This document shows, piece after piece, positions 26,882-36,600 of a stretch of DNA of 64,000 bases. The first letter of the stretch is position 1, and each line of letters opens with the position of its first letter. Where the stretch lies: NCBI GenBank assembly GCA_010093605.1, contig MU004181.1, positions 1,612,001 through 1,676,000 of the forward strand, in the 5' to 3' direction. This stretch comes from Lophium mytilinum (taxonomy: Eukaryota). A program made the translations under genes and the position numbers. Below the pieces are notes generated by a model, which saw only the letters and a program-made list of their open reading frames with translations, did not search any database and was not told the origin of the DNA.

Positions 26882-27345
26882 TGCACTCCGCCTCGCACAT
26901 CACTCCCGTTCAAAATGGGCTGCTGCGATCCTCCATCGCTCGTACACTCTGTGCCCTAACCACCTCTGGCAAAAAACCCAACATGCTCTCCTATTGTGTG
27001 GAAAGTGAAAGTTCATTCGGCCTCCACTAGGGCGCTTCAGCCTATGTTCGGATCCATGACCCTTCACCGAAGATATTTCCCAGCCAGCGGCCTCGAACGC
27101 GGCAACTATCGCCTCCCATCTCAGATTTGGATTGCAGCCGGACCCATCTCCGAATTTGAGGATACTGTGGAGGTCCTCGAGATGCTTGCCTCGCCTGACC
27201 TTGTATAAGACTCCGTTTGGTTCCACGATGTCGTCTTCGTCGTCGTCATTCTCGGTTTGGTCGTCATAGTTCGCGAATGGTAGTTCGGCAAACGCTGTTT
27301 TGGTGTCTCGAATTGCCTTCTTTCTCTCCTTTACGTTTGTTAGTA

Positions 27346-27571
27346 CAGTAACAAGCCACAAGTCTAGGCACACTGGTACGCCACTGCTTGGGGTCCCCGG
27401 CATGGTTTCGAAGACTTAAGGGCGATGTCAAGCTTCAACCAGTGCAGATTAGACTGCCTCTTGACTAATTGCCTGCTCAGCAGCCAGGCTACCCCTAACA
27501 GTGGTGTCGAGTGAGCAGATTGGAGATAAACGGGATTCAGTCCGTGTGCCCAGACTTATGGCCTAGTACTG
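27346..27571. mobile_element. Tc1/mariner-type MITE, 226 bp, TA target duplication
   Basis: TA(27344-45)-CAGTAACAAGCCACAAGTCTAGGCACAC ... GTGTGCCCAGACTTATGGCCTAGTACTG-TA(27572-73); 28-bp imperfect TIRs starting CAGT. Confidence 0.8.
27371..27508 (+). repeat. Copy 2 of the 138-nt structured repeat, inside the MITE
   Basis: About 88% identical to the reverse complement of 2859-2997. Confidence 0.85.
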
Positions 27572-29835
27572 TACGTGCAAATCTGTAACTGAAGCTGCAG
27601 TTGGATATATTGCTGGATGCACGGCTGTTGGTACGGCGGCATAGACGTCCTCGTTGCGACGCCAGACCTGAATCTGGTGCCAGAGCTGCTCGTTGGCACT
27701 GGGTAGTTCTTTGAGGTTGGCTTCTAGGAAATCAGGGGGAGGGCGGGCAGCGGGAGAAAGCAATGATAGTGGCTGGTTGTCTGGGAGCTGTCCAAGTCTA
27801 TCACTTAAAGTGTAGTGTATTCTAAGGAGGCATAGAAGCCGTTCCGCTGTTGTTTTGATAGCAAATGTCGAGTGGTCGACATTCTTGGTCTCTTGGAGGG
27901 CGTGGACGAGGGTTTCTGGGTATAAGCCGGCTCCTACCCTAGCATTTGCGATTGCTCTGACAACTAGAGATAGTCGGGATTGGTTCGGGATGGATGTGGT
28001 CTGGTATAGAAGAAGGTCATCCGAGAGCCGGTTGATGTACTCAACTGTCCAGTACCAGAGCTCCGTTACTACCTCCTCGTTGCAGGCGGTGCTTCTTGCG
28101 AATAGATCATACCAATCGCCTGAGTCAATAGTGGCTGCAATAGTGTGGAGTTGACGGTATAAAACAGCTTCGTCTATACCGTGGAAGATCTGGTCTATAA
28201 CCGCGACATCCGACGATAATGGCGTTCCAGCTGTGGCTTCCTGTACAAATGTTCTCATGTCTTCTCCGTTGCGCTGTAGGTCTAACAGAAAGTCTGCACT
28301 CTGCCGCATTAGGGTTTCGAGGGTTATTTGGATGTCTTCAAGTGGTGGCCATGTCGGCATTGTGCACGCGTTTGGAGTATGTCGGGGGAGTCGCCACGTT
28401 GGGCTGCGGTGTGATATTTCCGAAGGTGAACAAATGTCAACAGCGATGGTCGCAATGTTGAATATTACAATGTATATGTTGTACTGCGCCCTGAGTGCAA
28501 CTTCGGCCACGGTGAAGCACCAAATATCTTCGTCTGTCGTAGGATCCTGAGGCCCTTGGATAATCTACCCGTATGCGAGGGGGTTGAATGAAACGTGTAG
28601 TTGTTCTACAGGCGTAACAGTAGTGAGCTTGTCCCATGCTCACTCATATTGTCGTCTATCGAAATCGAGGAAATCTGTTGGGTGACGAGACATGCGTTCG
28701 TGTAGTAGCTCGAGGAAGGTGTTACCAGAGAGAAGGGATTTAATGGTGATATTCGAGTTGAGAATCATAAATTCCGCGGAGCCTGCATTGCCCAAGGGAC
28801 TAGTCATATTTGCGGTGCTTGCAATAGTCACGACGTCCCGGTATTCTGCAAGGATACCTCCGTCTAAAACACCCTGCACTGCTGATTGTTCAGATACAGT
28901 CTTAACGATATGCTTGCGCTCTGCAGGACTCGTTGACTTCCCCAACGCCTCTTCCACTTGCTTGAAATTGATTCTGCATGTTTCTTCGTTTACTTCGTGT
29001 AGCCGGACCAGGTGCGTCGTGATTAATGAGGCGGCCATCTCGGTTGGTAGGTGTTGGCGTTTGTTCGTTGCACCCAACTTCTCGCAGACTAGGCACTGAT
29101 GCGTCATCGTGGAGACGAGACGCTACGCGATGTTATGAATTGCTTTGGACTTGGAGGTAGTTGAGGGCTTACTGCGGCGCGGGGCTGTGAATTGCTGTAG
29201 ACTTGGGGTGATGAAGGGCTGGTAGCGGCGCAGCCTCGTGAATTGCGGCTCTCGGTTGCTTCTTGCAGTTGTTGCAGGCGAACAATCACTAATTTCGCTG
29301 CATCATCAGGCGCTATCCAGGTGTTGTTCTTCGGGGAATGAATCCGTCGCAAGAGTTGTAGCGGGAGGTCATGATGGATATGGATAAGCGGGGGGTAGGC
29401 GTATGGCTACGCGCTACGACAGGGCGGACGAGGCTGCAAAGCGACGCGGAGTAAATTGATCGAAGTGGTTCCCGGTGTGAGCCGTTGCCTATGCCGCGAC
29501 ACTTCACCAATGGTTGGTCTACCGATTACCGGAGTATCCGGCATTCGAATAACGATAATGAAGGGTCTCAAAGGATAAAAACCTGAGTTCAAAACATGCG
29601 TGTGGTGATGAGTGTTGGTAAACGTGCACTGAAGTCCCCGCCTCTAGCGAGGCCCATTACCCACCTGCAGCTTTCGTGGACCACAAAAAAGCGGAGACAC
29701 TAAGCGGCGCACCAAGCGTTCTTTGCATGTGAAATCCTGCAAGTTTCACAGCATGGGTGTACAGGAAAGTGCAAGTAGCAGTGTGAGTGCTATAGAATAT
29801 ATACTCAAAAATTGATACATTCCTTAACAACAACA

Positions 29836-29982
29836 TCCTTGATGGTCTAGTGGTCATGATTTCCGCTTGTCAAAGCAGTCTGCTTAACAAGCGCGGGAGA
29901 GTAAGCAACCACCGCAGCCATTGCCTGATTATCAATCATGCTAACGGATGTCACAGCCAGGGTTCGATTCCCTGTCAGGGAG
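29836..29982 (+). tRNA. tRNA-Asp(GTC) with a canonical 19-nt intron and a 56-nt spliceosome-type intron
   Basis: Acceptor stem TCCTTGA/TCAGGGA with G73; anticodon stem TCCGC/GCGGG, GTC at 29869-71; intron 29873-29891; T arm CAGGG-TTCGATT-CCCTG; insert 29901-29956; T5 terminator at 29992-96. Confidence 0.92.
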
Positions 29983-30686
29983 TAATTATTCTTTTTGCAT
30001 TTTGATTCAATTTTTTGATTCGACTCTTATAGAGTGGTGGGAAGGCTGGGTCCATGAAACCTGGACAGGCAGTGGGCTTTTGGGGTCTGTAGGGTCTCTA
30101 GGAAGCATGTTTTAGGGCACGTTTTTCTTTTTCTATGCTTATTTGCACTGAGGAATCGAATTTCACACTGCTTTGTCTCGAGTCATGGTTGTTGCATGAT
30201 GGGCACGCTTGATGAGTTTCAGACGCAACACTTAGTGTCTGATCCCACAATAAGTTCTACACTGGAAGGCTGCAATGTACACAGAAAGACAAAGAATGTA
30301 TCGAAGTTCGCAGGTCGTCATAGTGACTATCAGATCGGGCCGCCCATGAGACACCTCGCTTTTCTTTCTATGTATGGAATAGACTGATGCAGGATCTGAC
30401 CCCACCCGCTCACGTCGATTGTGGCGACGGAGGAAAGACTTTTCAGCATCCTGATATAGAGACAAACACATGCAAAGTTGGTTTGTAAAACGTTTTTTAA
30501 AAAAACTGCTTTTGGACGTGCAGGGAGATTTTGGTGGTTTCGAGGAAAGAACTTCGCTGCTCCACCGAGAACTTCGCCAACACTCTAGGGTAGGTATTAA
30601 GCAAGTATTGAAGCATACCATCTCAAGGCTAGTGAACATGCAGCCCTAAGCTTATACTTTCGCAGAAAGCAACACCTACCTCTACG

Positions 30687-31691
30687 ATGAATTCCAACGC
30701 CCACAACTCAGGGCCTACGGCTCATACCTCGGCCCCGACGCCTGCCAACAAATCAACGTCATCGCAGCTGTTCACACTGCAGTCCATCCCAGGGCAAGGT
30801 AAAGGTCTGGTCGCTTCACGTGCTATCACCCCGGGCACGCTCTTGATCAGCGAAGCCCCCCTCTTCGCCATCCCCTCCGCAGCCAGCGAGCGCGATCTAG
30901 CAGCGCACCTTCGGACTCTCCCCAAAGAATCCCAACGCGCCTTTCTCTCTTTGCACAATTCGCGTGCCGGCGCTGGAGAGCCGCTATCCAACATCGTCCG
31001 CACGAATGCGTACCCCCTCGGTCCTGGGAGGGACCTTGGGGGCATCTTTCCACTCATCGCCCGCATCAACCACAGCTGTCGTCCGAATGCGCAGCACGCG
31101 TGGAATGGGAACGACGGGGAAGAGACTGTGTATTCGGTGCGTGAGATCAAGGAGGGCGAGCAGCTCTCGTTGTCGTACCATGAAGGAGGACCATCGAGCG
31201 AGCGGCGGAAAGCTCTGAAGGAGTTTTTTGGCTTTGATTGCACGTGTGAGATGTGCGAGATGCCGAAGGATCAGCTTGCCACGAGTGATGAGCGACTAAG
31301 GCGGGCGAAGGTATTGGATAAGGCGATTGGGGAAGCCAAGCGCGTGCGTATGACGCCGGAGGACGCGTTGAGGGATTGCAGGGAGCTGGTAAGGATCTAT
31401 GAGGAGGAACGAATTGCCGACCTTAGGGTACCGAGGTTGTACTATGACGCGTTTCAAATTTGCGCAATGCATTCTGATAAAGCACGAGCGAAGGTGTTTG
31501 CTAAGAGGAGCCTTGAAGCACGGTTGATGTGTGAAGGGGAGAAGAGCGAGGAGGCGGAGGTAATGGCGGGACTAGTGAAGGATCCGGCAAATTTTGAGAA
31601 TTTTGGGACGACGAAGAAGTGGAAGATGGAGAAGGTGCCTGTAGGGCTTGATGAAGTTGAATTTGAGAAGTGGCTGTGGAGGGAGATGTAG
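30687..31691 (+). CDS. SET-domain lysine methyltransferase (SET5/SMYD-like)
   Basis: GKGLVA..I..GTLL, RINHSCRPN, EGEQLSLSY, FGFDCTCEMC post-SET motif, helical C terminus. Confidence 0.93.
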   Translation: MNSNAHNSGPTAHTSAPTPANKSTSSQLFTLQSIPGQGKGLVASRAITPGTLLISEAPLFAIPSAASERDLAAHLRTLPKESQRAFLSLHNSRAGAGEPLSNIVRTNAYPLGPGRDLGGIFPLIARINHSCRPNAQHAWNGNDGEETVYSVREIKEGEQLSLSYHEGGPSSERRKALKEFFGFDCTCEMCEMPKDQLATSDERLRRAKVLDKAIGEAKRVRMTPEDALRDCRELVRIYEEERIADLRVPRLYYDAFQICAMHSDKARAKVFAKRSLEARLMCEGEKSEEAEVMAGLVKDPANFENFGTTKKWKMEKVPVGLDEVEFEKWLWREM

Positions 31692-33684
31692 AGAGCTTGA
31701 TGAAAGGAAATGGCTGGAAGTAGCTGCTTTACCTGAGATGACAAGATGGGCATGAGTCTACATGAGAAGGATAGACCTAGAGGTTCGTTTCATTTGATGA
31801 GTTTTCTTAGCTATTTCAGTGCGAGAATTGGGGGGGTAGTGCGGAGTAACCTCCGCGTTTGCAAGGATCGAGAGATCCCGTCGGCTTCGATAGTGCAGCG
31901 AAATAGCGGAACTCAAATGCATGATGAAGTATGTAAGCCAAGATCATCTTTAAATATGTTCGACTCTGTAATTATGTATATTATTGTTTTGAAAGTGGTG
32001 TATTGCAAGCAGAAGGGCGCTTAAGCAGTTTAGACTAGCTTGTTCCTGTTCAGGGTTAGGCCGTGCATCCCAAATATTCTGTTTCTCCACCCTCCCAGCT
32101 GGCCTTCATGAACACGGTGAAAGTTCAGAAACCTAGGTTGGAAATGCGTAGCTTTCTTCTTCAACTTCCGGGTGCGGTGAGGTTACGTGCAGACTCGCAG
32201 GATTCAAGGCCACCTAGGCAGCTTAAGGCTTCCCTAAGGTCAGATATGCGGCACGCTGAGTTGCTTTTCAGAGTGCAACATCGCGCGTCTATCTACACTG
32301 GATGGTCGACATGTACATTCATTGAAGCTGAGCTGTTACGGAAATAGACCAAAAATAGAGCTGATATACAGACCTAGATCGACTCTTTAGAGTTCTCAAT
32401 CTTATAGACCTTCAGGGGCGGGAACGGTAAGTCTAGAATTTAATTTTTTCTGAGTCTGCTTGTGTCCCAGGAGTTCAATCGTCTACCAGTCTGAGAATTT
32501 CCCTCATCGCCGCTACTCTAGCACTCTTGTCTCACTGAATCCGCACCTTTCCTATCCTGTCAGCAACACTGTTTTCTTACCGAACGAGGCCACACTCATC
32601 GAGTTTGAAGTTTCGGCGAACGAGTGCATTTGCAAAGTATTATCATCTAGCGCAGTCAATCATCTCCATGTTGAAGCTATCCAGATCTGTTCAAATAACA
32701 AAATCACCCTCTGAGTGGCAGAATCTGTATTTGACATAGATAGATTCACAAAGGATTATTTCTTAAAGACGTACTCCATCCAGCCCAACCTAAATGAGAG
32801 ATAATTTTATACGACTGACGATAGGAATGGGAGGTCCTATGACGGTGACTTGAGCTCGAGGCCAGAAGTGGGGCGCGGTCAACTAATTTGCGCCGCAACC
32901 GCCTCGATCTACAAGAAAGAAAAGAAATACAGAGACCCTGGCCTTGGCAGAGGGCTTTGATGGCTGAGCATGTTCACTTGCTAGAGCGTTCTGGCGTATC
33001 TGATAGCGCAGATAGCGAGGCAGAGTCGCGAACAAATACTACGTTTCCGATTCGATGTTCTGGTCGTCTCACTGCCGCGTGTGCCTCCCAGGTGCTGCTG
33101 CCTGTCTCGCCCAAGGCAGCTCGTTTGTGAACCTTGGGTACAAAACTCATGTGCGGAGCCTCGTGGGCGATCCCTGGCCGCTGCTGCCAATCCAACGCGA
33201 GATTTGCCGCTAACGCCGTATGCGGCAGTGGCTAGGCGTTTCCTGGCCTAGACCCCCAGCCTTGGCGGCAGGACTGTGCAGATGTCAAAAGTGAAGTTAT
33301 CTCGCGACAAGACCCGTCAAGAAAGCGCACAAAATTCGGGCTGCTGCTCTCGTAGACGGCCTCGCAGCCAGGCTCTGCGCGCGCAGTTTGTTGTTGTTGA
33401 CCGGCGCGGCGCGGATGAGGCAGGCTGTTCGTTGCGGCCCCTGATGAAGCCGGGTGGCGCCCTGCTAGCGCGCACGGGCCTGCCTTCTGCACTGGCAACC
33501 AATACTTAAGAAAGTGCTAAAACTCTCGGAGCCCGCCTTCCTCTCGCTCGCACCAACCTGGCCGCCCCTCCGACTCAACACCGTCACGTGACCAGTCCAC
33601 CAAACCCAGCCAACGTTGCATGCATGGCTCATCACCCACGGAGCACGCCGCGCGACATTAATTGACATCCCGCGACACGCCCCC

Positions 33685-36600
33685 ATGGCGAGCAGGTATG
33701 TGCCCCACCGCTCCACTCCCTGCGGCCCTGCACATGCTAACAACAATTCCAGCGGCACGCGGCTCGACCGCTTAGTCACGTAAGTAATGTTGTTTACTCC
33801 ATCTTTTATGCGCTTGAGTGACGTCTCGGGATGCATGTCGCTTGTCACACCTGCAGCCCGTGTGGCTGGCCCGTTTGGGAGATCTGCTCTCACCCCTCAC
33901 CGAAGCAACTCTCCACTGTCACATTCGTCCCCGGTGCTTATCCTTGTGCCCTCGCCACTTGCAGCACACGCATCTGTCGTGCCCTGGAAATGCCTCTCGT
34001 CCCGCTAACCCCGATCCAGCCTCCTCGAAACCGGCAGCACTGCGCTGATTCGCAACACCGCCGCCGACCAGCTCGCCGACGTTCAGAAGCAGCACCCCGA
34101 CGAGCTCTTCCACTTGCTTACCCGCGTTGTCCCGTACCTCAAGAGCCGGAGCTGGGAGACGCGCATTGCTTCTGCTAAAGCCATTGGCGGTATCGTCAGC
34201 CATGCGGACAAGTTTGACCCCAATGCCGACGACGACGTGAAGCCGGAGAGCAATGGCCATATCAGGGAAGACGAGGCCGGCACGAATGGCTCCTCCATCA
34301 AGGCCGAGAACGGCGATGCGAACGGAGCTCTTCCCGTGCCAGAGGACCAGCTCGACCTTGCGACCCTCGACATCAGTATGATCATGAAGTATGGCAAGAC
34401 TCTCGCTGGCAGCGGCGGCAAGGAGTATGACTACAAGCTGAACGGCATGGACCCTGCTGCCCGCTTCGCCCATCAGAAGAAGAACCTGACTCTCCGTCTT
34501 GGCCTTGGCGGAGAGTACATGGAGGACGACCTCGTGACTGAGAACGATGTCGCTCAAACACCGGGCCTCCACCCTCCTCCTATGCATCGTCTCGACACGT
34601 CCGTGGCTCGCCAGGACAGTATTTCCTCTGGCGCTGGCTATCCCTCCCACTCCCCACTGGATGGTACCAACACTCCAGTGGATGGTGAGAACGGTGCGCC
34701 TGCTCTTAGCAAACGACAGCTCAACGCCTTGAAGCGCAAGAGGAAAGACGAACTCAAGAAAGGCGCCAACAAAGTCCACATAGTAGACCTAGCCGCCCGG
34801 CGAGGAAGCACCTTCTCGCAGACTCCCACTGCTGCTCAAGCACAGCCGCATCCAGTCAAAGTGGAGCCTAAAGAAGAAAATTCCGAGGAAGGAGTCGGCG
34901 ACTACTTCTCCCTGGATCGAAAGGGTGAGGATGACGACCGCAAGTTTGTCAAAGAGTTCAAAGGTGCTCCTATAGAGGAAAAACCTGCTTTCTTGACCGA
35001 GGCTGAGGAAAGCGGCCTGGAATGGCCCTACGAAAAGCTATGCGAGATCCTCACTGTCGATATATTTGATCCGAGCTGGGAGAACCGACACGGCGCAGCC
35101 ATGGGTCTTCGAGAAGTGCTCCGAGTTCATGGAGCAGGCGCCGGACGATTACACGGGAAGACGCGCGCTGAGAACGACCTACTCAACCAACGATGGCTCG
35201 GTGATATGGCGTGCCGCATATCCTGTGTTTTCATGTTAGATCGCTTCGGCGACTACATCTCAGACAACGTCGTCGCCCCGATCCGCGAAACCGCTGGACA
35301 AACCCTTGGAGCCATGCTTCAGTACCTGTCCCCCGAGAACGTCATTCACGTCTTCAAGATCCTGCAACGCCTCGTTATGCAAGAAGACTTCGACACGAAG
35401 CGAGTATGGCAGGCTTGCCATGGCGGCATGATCGGCATGAAGTATCTCGTGGCCATAAGGAACGACCTCCTTTTGCAAGACTCGGAGCTTATGGATGGAG
35501 TGCTACTGGCTATTATGAAAGGGCTGTCCGACTATGACGACGATGTCCGATCTATGAGCGCGTCAACCTTAATACCTATCGCTAGCGAAGTTGTGGAGCT
35601 CCGACCGAAAGCCCTCCAGGAACTGATCAACAAAGTCTGGGAATGCTTATCAAATCTGCAAGACGATCTCAGCGCAAGCACTGGCTCTGTCATGGACCTT
35701 CTTGCGAAACTTTGCAACTATCCCGAAGTGCTTAACGCCATGAAGGAGAATGCCAAGCTCGACCCCCGTTCATCTTTTGTTGAATTGGTTCCCCGTCTAT
35801 TCCCTTTTCTCCGCCATGTCATTATCAGCGTTCGAGCTGCAGTTCTTCGTGCTATTTTGACCTTCCTTAACATTGAAGGCCGAGAGACGGACGACTGGGT
35901 TGACGGCAAGGCACTTCGTTTGATCTTCCAGAACATTCTTCTGGAACGCGATGAAAAGGTACTTAAGCTCTCCTTGCAGGTCTGGAACGCGCTTGTCGAG
36001 CGTTTGAGCTCTCGCCGCAACAATGCTGGCATCGAAGTCAACGAATTGCCGGAACTTTTCGCCTCACATCTTGACGCCGCAATTCCTCTAGCAATGACGC
36101 CTATCGGTGTCCTCCGTCACCCGATTGCTATGGAGTACTCCCTTTTCATCAGGCCGTCTGGTCAATTTTTCGCCCCACCAAATCATGTAAGCACCCGAAA
36201 GGTAACCCCACCCGGCGGAGCAGAGCCAGCTAAGAAGAGGCGGAAGTCACAGCACAAGAAAGAGGAAATGGCGCCTCCAGCATCTACCTCCCACAATGTT
36301 GACGGGCACATGATGAGTGGAGACGTCGACCTTGTTGGTGTCGACGTTATGATTCGCTCTAGAATCTACGCTGCTCGGGCACTAGGCAAAATCATCGCTT
36401 CATGGCCGTTGGAATCGCGACGAGGGGTGTTTGAGAAGCGTCTTGTTGAATACTTGAAATCAACACATTCAAGTACGCAGCTCACAGCAGCTATGGTGGT
36501 CGAAGAGTTTGCCAAAGCGAATAAGGCCAAGGACGAATTGACACAGAGCCTTGCATCAGTTCTTCTTCCTATTGTCGTAGGAGAACGACCTGGTGCCTAC

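Larger units (their letters stand above)
26900..29372 (-). pseudogene. Large fungal protein with C-terminal HicA-like domain, disrupted
   Basis: Intron 29123-29172; ORFs 28640-29107 and 27563-28510 share one frame broken by TGA 28640-42 and TAG 28565-67; MITE at 27346-27571; C terminus WEAIVAAFEAAGW..GHGSEH..MNFHFPH. The 5' end is uncertain. Confidence 0.65.

Noticed and set aside
28437..29352. Operon-like ATGA/GTGA stop-start overlaps between consecutive minus-strand ORFs
   Set aside because: Explained by one intron (29123-29172) and two in-frame premature stops in a single gene.
20100..29800. Starship or other large mobile element
   Set aside because: No tyrosine recombinase or transposase gene and no boundary repeats seen.
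32052..32060. AGGGTTAGG as a telomerase RNA template or telomeric repeat
   Set aside because: Single short match with no array; a telomerase RNA here would run antisense through the SET gene.
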